Virus record (IMG/VR): IMGVR_UViG_3300015202_000003
Coordinates: 117,413-181,412 of that record
Reading direction: 5' to 3' (one strand)
Length of the DNA stretch: 64,000 nt
Source: a virus
Of the stretch, positions 9,824-19,671 are shown in pieces (position 1 is the first letter of the stretch; each line of letters begins with the position of its first letter). The translations under genes and the position numbers were made by a program. The notes beneath the pieces were generated by a model that did no database searches, was not told the DNA's origin, and saw only the letters and a program-made list of their open reading frames with translations.

Positions 9824-10417
9824 ATGTCAAACAGATTTTTAATTTTTCAGGATGGAAACTTTCAAGTTTCTTCTTTTCCTTTCGCTTCTTCTATTTTAGT
9901 AGAAGATATAAACAGAAACATTTCAACAGTTTTAATTGGAAAAGAATCACAACAATTTTTAAAAGATTTTAGCGGTCTAATTCCAAAAGAAAAGAGTTCT
10001 CTTTGTGAGGATGTTTCTAAAGATTCCCGGTCAAAATCAAAATACGGAAATTTAACTTCCGATTTAGATGGGGTTTACGATGAAATGTTAAAATTAGGAT
10101 TTGACAAAAAACCTAATTTTAATTTAAATTTTACAACTTCAGAGCAAAGTGTTCCGACAGTTTCGTTGTTATTTTACAATGATCCTAAACAAAACAGAGA
10201 GAACGTATTGCCTAATGTAACTTTAAGTTTTTCGGAATTAAATTCTAAAACCAAGGCTTTGTTATATGTGAATGGGGGGGATAAAAATACAAACTATATA
10301 AAGTTTGTTTCTAAGAAAGTAAGTCTACAATCGGTTGCTTTGGATTTTTCTTTGACTGAATTTGTTTCTCTTTTAAAAGAAATTTCAACCTTTTCAAAAA
10401 CGGAGTTATCGGATTAG
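9824..10417 (+). CDS. hypothetical protein (197 aa)
   Basis: Long ORF, co-directional with neighbours; no family motif. Confidence 0.75.
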   Translation: MSNRFLIFQDGNFQVSSFPFASSILVEDINRNISTVLIGKESQQFLKDFSGLIPKEKSSLCEDVSKDSRSKSKYGNLTSDLDGVYDEMLKLGFDKKPNFNLNFTTSEQSVPTVSLLFYNDPKQNRENVLPNVTLSFSELNSKTKALLYVNGGDKNTNYIKFVSKKVSLQSVALDFSLTEFVSLLKEISTFSKTELSD

Positions 10418-10462
10418 ATTTGAAAATATATCTTATACAGCTAAACAAACCATAGAATTTTA

Positions 10463-11770
10463 ATGTCTGTTTTAATTTTCAGTTCAAAGAATGTTCCTTT
10501 AGTAGAAGGAATTAGAGAATCTCCGTTAGAAATTTTAGACGAAGATATGGCGGAGTTTTCTTATAATGCTTTGCATCCGAAAAGTAGAAAAGTAAAAGAC
10601 ATCCAAGGAAAATGGGTTGATTCCAAAACGGGCGAACAGAAGAGACAAGAAATCTACGCTTTTTATTTAAAATATCTTCGTTCAAAAGGTTATGAGGATA
10701 AAAAAGTTCCTCCTTGTTTTGATGATATGAGTTTGCCTCAAATAGACAAGTTTATTAAAAAAGTTTTTGCGGGAGATGAAGAAAACAAACAGAAAAAATC
10801 TTTGAACACTGTTCAAAGAATTGGTTTAAAAGCTTATCAAGCGGGTTCCGAAATAGCATCTGGAAAGATACCTTTTAGTCCTGCAGAAGAAGAGGGCGAA
10901 GAAGAGGATGAGGAAAAGGAGGGGAAAGGTAAAGAAGAAAATCCAACTGAATTAACTCCTGAGCAAGTTAAAGAACATCATAAAATTTTAGAAGACGTTG
11001 AAAAACAAAGTCATTCTAAAGTCAGCGAAAGTCTTGGAAAGATATGGGAGTTTTTATCGGAGCAAGGAAAAGATTTTACGAAAGAGGTAAAAAGAGATGT
11101 AGTTTCTACTGCTGTAGAATTAAATCCAATTTATCATGGAGAAATTGGTTCGGTAGATGGTTCAACGGATGCTTCTCATTCCGAAGTAGGGACGGATACA
11201 ACACATACTTCTGTTGACGACTTAACTTCTGCTTCTTCCGAAGAGGAGGCTGTTTCAACGGAAAAATCATCGTCTCATCATCATTATCATGGTTTACATC
11301 CAAACAGACCTTTAGAAGATCAAATTGAAAGGAGTTGTAAAGCTTCGGCTTCTGTTTCTAACAAAGAAAAAATAATACGTTTAGCGAAAGGGGGTTTAAC
11401 GTGTGTTGCGGCTTATTACTTGTTTTCCAGTGGGGGTGTAGGGGCGGACGCTTTAATAGAACACGCTAAAACTTTAGTTCCTCATTTAGAGAATGTTTCT
11501 CCTATTTTAGCACACGGTTTAGATTCTTGTTTGGAAGTAGCTAATCATATTACGGAAGTTGTAAGTGATGTTGGAAAAGATGCTGCCCAACACGTCATGT
11601 CTCCTGAGAATTTTTCTTCAAATCCGCGTCGTTCTATGCGTAATGCAGTTAAAAGAGTTGGGGAAATTGCGGCTTCAAAGCATCCTATTTTAACTACTGC
11701 TGTGGGGGTTGTAAAGGGAACTTTAAATTCTTTGTCTCCTTGGGCGAATCTTACTGCGGGAGGTGCATAA
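10463..11770 (+). CDS. leader-family protein, cassette copy A
   Basis: MSVLIFSSKNVPLVEGIR leader; paralogue of 12112 over its full length. Confidence 0.8.
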   Translation: MSVLIFSSKNVPLVEGIRESPLEILDEDMAEFSYNALHPKSRKVKDIQGKWVDSKTGEQKRQEIYAFYLKYLRSKGYEDKKVPPCFDDMSLPQIDKFIKKVFAGDEENKQKKSLNTVQRIGLKAYQAGSEIASGKIPFSPAEEEGEEEDEEKEGKGKEENPTELTPEQVKEHHKILEDVEKQSHSKVSESLGKIWEFLSEQGKDFTKEVKRDVVSTAVELNPIYHGEIGSVDGSTDASHSEVGTDTTHTSVDDLTSASSEEEAVSTEKSSSHHHYHGLHPNRPLEDQIERSCKASASVSNKEKIIRLAKGGLTCVAAYYLFSSGGVGADALIEHAKTLVPHLENVSPILAHGLDSCLEVANHITEVVSDVGKDAAQHVMSPENFSSNPRRSMRNAVKRVGEIAASKHPILTTAVGVVKGTLNSLSPWANLTAGGA

Positions 11771-11772
11771 AA

Positions 11773-12093
11773 ATGTTAAAAAATAAATTTTCGATTGTAG
11801 AGTCTGTTAAAAATTCCAACTTTTCTTCCAAACCTTCTATTGTAGATTATTCAATTGCTCAGTTGGAGGGAGAGAAACGGGCATTTGAAGAAGCTGGAAG
11901 TAAGATTCCAAGTGCTTACGAAATGATAGAATTAAATGCAATGGCCCAAGTTTTAGGGTTTAAGCCTTCTCCGAAATGGACGGGTATGGATTGGGGGAAA
12001 GCAATAGGAGAAGGAATAGAAAATTCTAAAATGTCTATGGATGTTATTATTAAAAAAGTTACAACTCTTTTAAAAACCCAAGTTAAAAAATAG
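11773..12093 (+). CDS. small partner protein, cassette copy A
   Basis: MLKNKFSIVES...KPSIVDYSIAQLEGEK; paralogue of 13513. Start placed at 11773 by alignment with that paralogue. Confidence 0.8.
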   Translation: MLKNKFSIVESVKNSNFSSKPSIVDYSIAQLEGEKRAFEEAGSKIPSAYEMIELNAMAQVLGFKPSPKWTGMDWGKAIGEGIENSKMSMDVIIKKVTTLLKTQVKK

Positions 12094-12111
12094 AAAAAAT
12101 AAAATTTCACT

Positions 12112-13488
12112 ATGTCTGTTTTAATTTTCAGTTCTAAAAATGTTCCTCTTACGGAGGGCATTAGAAAATCAAATTCTCTTTTAATTTTAAATGAGTTTGG
12201 TTTTGCTGAATCTAAGCACGCGGTAAAGGATGTGAAGGGAAAATGGATTGATTCTCAACACGCCCAACAAGAGAGACAAAAAGTTTATTCAATTTATTTA
12301 CAGGCGGCTCGAAAAAAACAAGATTTGGCGGATGTTAAGAGTAACAAACAGATTGTGACTCCGCCTTGTTTTGACAAAATGAGTTTGCCTCAGATTAGTC
12401 ATTACATTCATACTTTTATAGATTCAAAAGAAGAAGCAAAACCTAAAAAAGAAACTTTGGGGGACAAAGCAAAACATTTAGCAGCAACCGTAGCTTTGGC
12501 AGCAACTTTAGCCCCTCACAAAATTGTAAGCGGGGAATATGAAGGAGAAGGAGAAGAGGGAAACAAAAAAGAGGAGGAAGAACCCGAACCTTCTCCTGAT
12601 TTAACACCTGAACAGTTGGTAGAACATCATAAATTAGTAGGGAAATCACATAAATTTGGTTATGACAAGGTAAAAAAAGAATTTGGTAGTTTGAAAAAAC
12701 TTTTAAAAAACGTAGTTCGCGCTCAGCTTTCGGATGCTATTTCTACGTCAATAGAAAGTTCGAGAAGTTTGCAGAGTGTTGAACAAGGAGGGGGTCATGC
12801 AGAGGGAGGGGCTGCAAATTTACCTTCTGCAGAGGGGGGTTCTGAAGGTGGTGGAGAAGCGTTGGCATCATCTTCTGTAGAAAGTTCCGCACACGTTGGA
12901 GTCGAGGCTTCGACTGATTTTGTTCATTCTACGGAAGATTCTTTCAGAGAAGAAGACGGCAAATTAAAATCACATACTACAAAAAATTATTTACACGCTT
13001 TACATCCATTAGCTCCTTTAGAGAGACATACCAGAGAACTTTGTAGCGTTGTTAAAGAGCGCGGTTTAAGTAAAACCGCTCAAAATTTAATGGTTGGAGG
13101 TGCTACGGCTTTAGTGGGCGCTTTATTATTTGCACATGGATGTTCAGAAGCAACTGTTTTAATAGATTATGCAAAAGAAATGATACCTCATTTGCATGCT
13201 TTACCTCCTATGGTAGCTCATGCTGCTACGGGCGGTTTAGAACACGTCGCTAAATTTACGGATCATTTGAAAGAGGCATCAGGAGAAGTCGGGAAAAATT
13301 TTCTAAGTCCGGAACATTGGGCTGAAAGTCCGAAACGTTCAGCTCGTTTATTAATACAAAGATTTACAGAAATAGCTAAAGCTAAAGATTTTAAAGAAGT
13401 AGTAAAAACGTCTACTGTTGGGGCTATAAAAGGAACTGTAAAAAACTTTGTAGCGGGGAGTAGTTCTTCTTTTGATGGTTTTGGTTAA
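12112..13488 (+). CDS. leader-family protein, cassette copy B
   Basis: MSVLIFSSKNVPLTEGIR leader; PPCFDKMSLPQI; paralogue of 10463. Confidence 0.8.
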   Translation: MSVLIFSSKNVPLTEGIRKSNSLLILNEFGFAESKHAVKDVKGKWIDSQHAQQERQKVYSIYLQAARKKQDLADVKSNKQIVTPPCFDKMSLPQISHYIHTFIDSKEEAKPKKETLGDKAKHLAATVALAATLAPHKIVSGEYEGEGEEGNKKEEEEPEPSPDLTPEQLVEHHKLVGKSHKFGYDKVKKEFGSLKKLLKNVVRAQLSDAISTSIESSRSLQSVEQGGGHAEGGAANLPSAEGGSEGGGEALASSSVESSAHVGVEASTDFVHSTEDSFREEDGKLKSHTTKNYLHALHPLAPLERHTRELCSVVKERGLSKTAQNLMVGGATALVGALLFAHGCSEATVLIDYAKEMIPHLHALPPMVAHAATGGLEHVAKFTDHLKEASGEVGKNFLSPEHWAESPKRSARLLIQRFTEIAKAKDFKEVVKTSTVGAIKGTVKNFVAGSSSSFDGFG

Positions 13489-13512
13489 AATAACAGTGTA
13501 TAATTTAAAAAA

Positions 13513-13836
13513 ATGTTAAAAAATAAATTTTCAATTAAAGAAGCTGTTAGCAACAACAATAATAAAACACAGAGTAAAAAGCCTTCTGTGTTAGACTATT
13601 CGATTGCTCAGTTGGAGGGAGAAAAAAAAGCTTATTTAGAAGAGGGAAAAGCGATGCCAACTTCTGTTCAATTAGAAGAGTTAAATGCTTTTGCTAAAGT
13701 TTTTAATATAAAGCCTTTAGCACATTGGACAATGATGGATTGGGGCAATGTTTTAGCTAAAGAGTTGGACAATACAAAATTAACATCTGACCAAATTTTA
13801 AAGAAAGTCAATGATATATTAAAGTCTCAGAGTTAG
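13513..13836 (+). CDS. small partner protein, cassette copy B
   Basis: MLKNKFSIKEA...KPSVLDYSIAQLEGEK; paralogue of 11773. Confidence 0.8.
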   Translation: MLKNKFSIKEAVSNNNNKTQSKKPSVLDYSIAQLEGEKKAYLEEGKAMPTSVQLEELNAFAKVFNIKPLAHWTMMDWGNVLAKELDNTKLTSDQILKKVNDILKSQS

Positions 13837-13918
13837 TTTTTAGTATAAGATTAAAAAAATAGTTTTTAATTTAAGTTTAGATAAAGAAAACAGAAAACAA
13901 ATTTAGACATTTTAAATT

Positions 13919-14746
13919 ATGGCATCAACTTTTAGTTTCAAGAAATTGCTTGAGGATTCTCAGGCCAACAACAAGAAATCAGACAACACGAAAGAAATGG
14001 GTTTTCCTGTTGTTCATGTTACGTCTAAGAGCAAGCTACTTGTTCCTGACTCTTCTCCCAATATGATTTCCACATCAACTGGGGAGAGTGTGGAAGTAGA
14101 AAGCCCAGAAACTTCTTATGAGAGTGCGGCTTACGAGGTTACTTATTATCCTTTTGCCAATTCAATTGAAATCGAAGATAAAGAAATGGGATTAGAGACT
14201 TTCTTTTCTGGGGAAGAGTGTGAAGGGTTTTTACAATTACTATCAAAAACCTCTAAATCGAAGCGCGATGCGCTTTGTTCATGGGCTGTATCGAATCCCA
14301 TTGTAAATTCTGTTTCAACGGATTCTACTGATTCTGTTACGGAATCCAAGGAGGAATGGGATGATACAAATGGTTATACAAGGAGAAACTTTGGAGACAT
14401 TAAAAAATATGTTTTAGAGGGGAAAGCAGGTTTAAACTATGTTAAATTGGGTAAATTAGTAGATGAGCAGTTAGAACATTCTAAAGTTGTTGCTACTGAA
14501 ACAGTTCTAACAATATCTTACACTGTAAAGCCAAACCCTAATAGTGAAGACCCGATAGAGAAAAAGGGTATTAAGGATATATTTCGAGTAGATGGTTTGA
14601 AATATTCTGTGGTAGGAGAAGATTTCATTCCTCTTTGGAAAAAGTCTACAAAGCTTTCTGTAACAGGAACATTTAAGGATTACGCGGATGCAGAAGAGGC
14701 CATTAAATTATTTGTGGAGCGATTAGTTTATTTAGCTGAGTATTAA
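13919..14746 (+). CDS. hypothetical protein, possible head-internal protein
   Basis: N-terminal FSFKKLLE|D resembles a T4-type capsid-targeting propeptide ending in L-x-E; lies directly before the portal. Confidence 0.7.
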   Translation: MASTFSFKKLLEDSQANNKKSDNTKEMGFPVVHVTSKSKLLVPDSSPNMISTSTGESVEVESPETSYESAAYEVTYYPFANSIEIEDKEMGLETFFSGEECEGFLQLLSKTSKSKRDALCSWAVSNPIVNSVSTDSTDSVTESKEEWDDTNGYTRRNFGDIKKYVLEGKAGLNYVKLGKLVDEQLEHSKVVATETVLTISYTVKPNPNSEDPIEKKGIKDIFRVDGLKYSVVGEDFIPLWKKSTKLSVTGTFKDYADAEEAIKLFVERLVYLAEY

Positions 14747-14819
14747 AAGATGAAAATTTTAGTTTTATGTTTAGAATACCTTTAAGATTAGAATTGTAAT
14801 TACAGAAATAAAATCGGAA

Positions 14820-14859
14820 AAACCCTTTTAGAATATAAATCTAAAAGGGTTTATTTTTT
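14820..14859 (+). terminator. intrinsic terminator-like hairpin
   Basis: AAACCCTTTTAGA/TCTAAAAGGGTTT followed by a T-tract. Confidence 0.65.
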
Positions 14860-14930
14860 GCTTTTATTTTAAATTTATATTAAACTCATAAACATTATAG
14901 ATAAGTTATAAAAACAGTTAATTTTTTAAT

Positions 14931-17420
14931 ATGAAAATTTTTGGCATTAGTTTATTTGAGAAGAACAACAATCTTTCTAATAATTTTACGAATCAGCATC
15001 AACAACAAATAGAAGTCAAATCGGACATTCCTGATTTTGACGATATAAATGATTCTAACTCTTTGTGGACTTTAGTTTCTGGGGCTAAAATTATTTCTGA
15101 GGTTCGTTCTGCTAAATTGAGGCAGTTTAAAACGATGGGTTATCATACGACTATCAATTCTGCATTAGAAATGATGTCTGAGGATGCGACACAATTAAAT
15201 CAGGAAAACAGAAAAATATTTTGGGTAACATCGGAAACACCTGAAATAGAAGAGCATTTAAATGATTTTTTAACTGACCAAGTAAGAATCCAAGAGCGTT
15301 TATTTCTATGGGCTTATCGAATTGCCAGAGACGGAGAATGTTATTTAAAAACTTATTTTACGGAAAGGGAAAACGCTAACAAATTAAAAGAAGATCATTT
15401 TACTAAAATAGAAAAGATAAATTCTCTTAACGAATCAAATTTCCAAGAGAGAAAATTAAAACAGGAATTAATTAAAAAATCTGTTTTAACGATAGAAGAA
15501 AAAAGAAGTCTGGAAGTATTAGATGATGATGAATATTATGAAGAAGTTCAAGATTCCAGTAAAGTTTCAAACTTAACTTTATATGGAAAAACTTCTGCTT
15601 TTTTGTTTATAGAAAACGATGGGAATAGTGTTATTTTCAAACCTCAAGATTACATACATTTTGTTTCTGATAGAAACATGAACCGAGAAGATGTTGAAAT
15701 TGAATTTACGAATAATGACAAGACAAAAGAAAAAAGAAAATTTTTAATTAAATATGGAACTTCTTTTTTGGAGGGTGTAGTTCAGGATTACAATGTAATT
15801 GAATTGTTAGAAAACGTTTTAGTAGTTTCTCGTTTAAGCCGTTCTCAGTTGTTTAGATTATTTTTAATTAATGTAGGGGCTTCTTCTAACATAGAGGCTC
15901 TTAAAATGGTAAGGGATTTTAAAAATTCTATTAAAAACAGAGAGTCGGTAGATGTTAAATCGGGAAAATATGTAAACACTTCTTCTCCTCTTCCAATTTC
16001 AGATAATATCTTTATTCCTACCCGCCAAGGTAAGGGAGATGTAAGTGTTCAGGATATTGGGGGAAATGTAGATGTTAAATCTATCGTAGATTTTGATTTT
16101 TTTTGGAGTAAATTTTGTGGTGCCCTGCGCGTGCCAAAGGCATACTTATGTCTAAGAGGAAACACAAAAGTATCTCTTTTAGATGGAACAACACCTACAT
16201 TGGCAGAAATGAGCGAAAACTCTTCTTATTACGTTGGAAGGTCAATTCTTACTTGTGATGCTACAGGAGAGATTAAACCAACAACTATTACTCATGTTCA
16301 CAAGACACGTTTAAACGCTTCTTTTGTTAGAGTTACTTTAGACAACAATGAATTTGTAGACTTTACGCCAGATCATTTATTTCAAATGAGAGACGGTAGT
16401 TTTAAAGAAGCAGGTAAATTGTTGCCCGACGATTCTTTAATGCCTTTTTATACGAGAGTATGTGAGAAAGGATATTCTTGTGTAAAAAGAAACAATAAAT
16501 CTGGAGGTTGGGTTCCTATACATCGTTTAATGGCAAAAAGCGGTTTTTTGGGAGAAATGCCGAAAGGCTACGTTGTTCATCACAAAGATAAAAATAAGTT
16601 AAACAATGACGCATCTAATTTGGAAGTAATGTCTCGTTACGACTATTATAAAAAACACAGTGAAGAACATATAAAAAATCGTTTAGCCTCTTTTCTAAAA
16701 AGTAGGGCTGAAAAGTTTTCAAAATCTTATTCCTCTGTTGAGGATGAAAATTTTAACAGCCATAAAGTTCTTAAAGTTGAATTTTTAAATGTTGTAGAAG
16801 ATGCTTATGATTTAGGAGTAGACGACGATTCTCATACTTTTCCTTTAGCTTGCGGTATTTTTGTTCACAACTCTTTTGATGATGCAATCGGAGGACAGTA
16901 TTCCAACACATCTTTGACAAGACTTGATATAAGATATGCCAGAACGGTTAAAAGAATAGTGGTTGCATTACAAGTTGGGATTGAAAAAATAATTGACAAT
17001 CATTTAGAGACAATTAAAAAAGAAGATTGGAAAGGAAAATATAAAGTGGTATCTACCCCGGTATCCGATGCAGAAGAATCCGATAGACTTCAAGACTTAC
17101 AAACTAAAATAGAATTTTGCTCTACTTTAGGAAGTGTTTTAACTTCTGTAGAGGGTGTTTATTCTCCTTTAGAACAAAAGGCTATTTTACGAAGTTTCAT
17201 TAAAGATAAAGTTGGAATAGATGTAGAAAAAGTTCTTGCTGCTTATTTAGAATTACACCCCGAAGAAGAAGAAGTTCCCGTTCCTGCCGAAGATGGACAA
17301 GAACAAGACCCTAACCAAGAAGCTGCCCCTGAAGATGGAGAACAACAAGAACCAAAAACTAATTCAACAACAAAAGAGCCTTCTCTGGAAGATTTATCTT
17401 CTCAGTTGGACGCCCTCTAA
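14931..17420 (+). CDS. portal protein (T4 gp20-like) with intein
   Basis: INSALEMMSEDA, YIHF, YGTSFLE, LFRLFLINVG, FIPTR, ALRVPKAYL|...SLTRLDIRYARTVKRI match the gp20-family pattern. Confidence 0.88.
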   Translation: MKIFGISLFEKNNNLSNNFTNQHQQQIEVKSDIPDFDDINDSNSLWTLVSGAKIISEVRSAKLRQFKTMGYHTTINSALEMMSEDATQLNQENRKIFWVTSETPEIEEHLNDFLTDQVRIQERLFLWAYRIARDGECYLKTYFTERENANKLKEDHFTKIEKINSLNESNFQERKLKQELIKKSVLTIEEKRSLEVLDDDEYYEEVQDSSKVSNLTLYGKTSAFLFIENDGNSVIFKPQDYIHFVSDRNMNREDVEIEFTNNDKTKEKRKFLIKYGTSFLEGVVQDYNVIELLENVLVVSRLSRSQLFRLFLINVGASSNIEALKMVRDFKNSIKNRESVDVKSGKYVNTSSPLPISDNIFIPTRQGKGDVSVQDIGGNVDVKSIVDFDFFWSKFCGALRVPKAYLCLRGNTKVSLLDGTTPTLAEMSENSSYYVGRSILTCDATGEIKPTTITHVHKTRLNASFVRVTLDNNEFVDFTPDHLFQMRDGSFKEAGKLLPDDSLMPFYTRVCEKGYSCVKRNNKSGGWVPIHRLMAKSGFLGEMPKGYVVHHKDKNKLNNDASNLEVMSRYDYYKKHSEEHIKNRLASFLKSRAEKFSKSYSSVEDENFNSHKVLKVEFLNVVEDAYDLGVDDDSHTFPLACGIFVHNSFDDAIGGQYSNTSLTRLDIRYARTVKRIVVALQVGIEKIIDNHLETIKKEDWKGKYKVVSTPVSDAEESDRLQDLQTKIEFCSTLGSVLTSVEGVYSPLEQKAILRSFIKDKVGIDVEKVLAAYLELHPEEEEVPVPAEDGQEQDPNQEAAPEDGEQQEPKTNSTTKEPSLEDLSSQLDAL
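16149..16871 (+). mobile_element. intein 3 (HNH-type) in the portal
   Basis: Starts CLRGNTKV; TPDHLF; VVHHKDKNKLNNDASNL; ends AYDLGV...HTFPLACGIFVHN|S. Confidence 0.9.
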
Positions 17421-17423
17421 AAA

Positions 17424-17954
17424 ATGAAAAATTCAATTATTTCCAAGATTTACGATGTTATTTTTGAATGTGAAAAGAATAACATAGAAGTTTTTTCTTT
17501 AAGAGAAAGTTTAAGTTTATTTTTTTCAGGTAAAATAACACAGGAAAATTTAGAGCGGAATTTAAATTTATTTTATTTGAGTTCTGTTGAAAAGGAAGAA
17601 GTTCCATTAGAGCAAGAAGAAACAAACAAAATTATTTTAGAGTTTCAAAATTCTTGTTCTTCCAAACCTTTTTGGAAGGAGTTAACAAAATTTTTATATT
17701 TAAGCTTAGAAGACGAAGAAAATTTAAATTTGTCTGAAATCTCTCTGGCAAAGGCTTTAAGTTCTTTTTTGACACATGTTTTAATTCAGGTGGAAAAGCA
17801 AGAAGATTCCTATGTTACTTTAGGAGGTGCGGACTTGAGCTTCCAACTTCATTCTTTTATTTGTGGAGAATTGTCTGTAGAAGATTTGCAGAATTGGTTA
17901 AAGGAAACTTACGATTTTCTTTCAATAAAGAACAGTGATTTTACAATAAATTAA
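17424..17954 (+). CDS. hypothetical protein (176 aa, acidic, helical)
   Basis: Tightly coupled ORF after the portal. Confidence 0.75.
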   Translation: MKNSIISKIYDVIFECEKNNIEVFSLRESLSLFFSGKITQENLERNLNLFYLSSVEKEEVPLEQEETNKIILEFQNSCSSKPFWKELTKFLYLSLEDEENLNLSEISLAKALSSFLTHVLIQVEKQEDSYVTLGGADLSFQLHSFICGELSVEDLQNWLKETYDFLSIKNSDFTIN

Positions 17955-18530
17955 ATGTTATCTTTAAAAGTAAGACAGTTTGAAAAAGAGTTTAGAAAAA
18001 CTTTAGTTATAGATAGAAAGAATAACGGTTTTACGGATGTATATGTAGCCAAACACTATGCGATGTTGCCAACTATTTTTGAAGGGAGTGTCGGCAATAT
18101 TAAAAAAGAGAGTTTGCAGAGTGCTTTAAGTCTCAATTTGTTAGACGTTGTTTATTGGGGAGATTTTGCAGGACAAGTTACAACATTACAAAAGTTAAAT
18201 TCTTCGGATACGTTGCCCTACCCTTTTAAAGACGAGGTAATTCCACGAATAGAATCTTCTGACCCAATGGGAAAGGAGTTAATGTCTTTTGCTCATCTTT
18301 TATATTTAAATTTTTATTTGCAAGTTTTACACTCTGTAACGGAGAAAAGTAAACCTTTAAAATCTAATTTTTTCCTTTCAACTGCGTATGATGATTTGGT
18401 AAACTTAAAAAAAATAAAAGAAAACAATTATAGTTTAGATGAATCTCAAATTAAATATTTAAGATTGAACTATGTTTATATAATTAAATATTTAATCGAA
18501 AGTTTTGAGAACCTTTCTTCTTCTGATTAA
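17955..18530 (+). CDS. hypothetical protein (191 aa)
   Basis: TAA-ATG junction; weak similarity to 19672. Confidence 0.75.
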   Translation: MLSLKVRQFEKEFRKTLVIDRKNNGFTDVYVAKHYAMLPTIFEGSVGNIKKESLQSALSLNLLDVVYWGDFAGQVTTLQKLNSSDTLPYPFKDEVIPRIESSDPMGKELMSFAHLLYLNFYLQVLHSVTEKSKPLKSNFFLSTAYDDLVNLKKIKENNYSLDESQIKYLRLNYVYIIKYLIESFENLSSSD

Positions 18531-18555
18531 GATTTATAACATTGAAAAAATTAAT

Positions 18556-19671
18556 ATGACTTTTATTGATAATTTAAATGAATTGGAAAAATATCCTTGG
18601 TTTTCCAATTGGCTATTTTCTTCGGACGACATATCAAGTCATTTTAATGGCCTTACAACTGAAAGTTTTCCGGGTTTTTGGATTGCGGGAAGCTATAAAA
18701 ACGAAGTTCAAGTGGAACTTGCAGACTTAGAGGGGGCAACAAAATACCCTTTTTTGGGCTTTGACATTTGTTTACTGTCCGGAGAAAACATTGTTTTTAG
18801 TTTGGGAGGTCGCGTTTTATGGTGGTTTAATTTTTACGGTGGAAACATTAAAGTTGAAGATTTATTAAAAGCATTTCAACTGTCTTCTTTGGGAGGCATG
18901 TGTTTAGAAGATGCTTTCAGTCAAGTTTTTTCGGACACTGAATCATCTTTTTCTTACGATACTTCTAAAAGCGTTATTTCTAATTATAATAATTATAAGG
19001 TAACAACTAAGTCAAATAGAGCGGATGTTCTACAAGCATTAGCAGAGTTAGGTCTTTTTTTAGGGAGGAGGGTTAACGAACTGGCTACTTTGTCTCAGTT
19101 TGATTTTTCCTATACTCCTGAAGTTTGGATAGGAAAATATAGAGTTTCGGAATCTATTAGGAAAAAAATTCAACAGTTTCCTTTTTTTCTTCCCGCTTTA
19201 TCTTATAAGAGAGACGTTTTTTCTAAATATGCAATTATTTTTCCTTCAGAATTTTTAAAATCTAAATCTTTAGCTATTGTTTTATCTAACAATTCAACAT
19301 ATTCTGAATTAACATTAGATCAATATAAAGTTTTAAATGCGTTAGAGTTAACGAGACAGAGTTCTAAGTCTGCTTTTTTATATGATTGGTTAAGATTAAA
19401 AGACGGAGGGGAAAATTTTGGGGGTGAGAATGTGCCTGATCCTTATGAGGTTTTAACCCAAGTAGGTTTAGATAAAATTTTAGGGGATGATTGTATTAAG
19501 TCCCAATCTTCAAAAACAATGCAAGAGTTAGAGCCAGAAATCACGGACGCTTTAATTTACCCTCCTGAAACAGATAAATATACAGAAGAACAAAAGAAAG
19601 TCTTTGACCCTGTTTTTATCAATAGATACAATTCTTTGATGGGTTTTTGGAGAAGGTTTTTAAAAATTTAA
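18556..19671 (+). CDS. hypothetical protein, distant paralogue of 20323/21354
   Basis: YDTSKSVISNYNNY vs YDKNKSTIFNYINF; C-terminal RRFLKI vs RRFKIK. Start moved to ATG 18556. Confidence 0.75.
   Translation: MTFIDNLNELEKYPWFSNWLFSSDDISSHFNGLTTESFPGFWIAGSYKNEVQVELADLEGATKYPFLGFDICLLSGENIVFSLGGRVLWWFNFYGGNIKVEDLLKAFQLSSLGGMCLEDAFSQVFSDTESSFSYDTSKSVISNYNNYKVTTKSNRADVLQALAELGLFLGRRVNELATLSQFDFSYTPEVWIGKYRVSESIRKKIQQFPFFLPALSYKRDVFSKYAIIFPSEFLKSKSLAIVLSNNSTYSELTLDQYKVLNALELTRQSSKSAFLYDWLRLKDGGENFGGENVPDPYEVLTQVGLDKILGDDCIKSQSSKTMQELEPEITDALIYPPETDKYTEEQKKVFDPVFINRYNSLMGFWRRFLKI

Noticed and set aside
14834-14841. T4 late promoter TATAAATA
   Set aside because: The sequence is TATAAATC within a terminator hairpin, and the consensus was not seen before other late genes.
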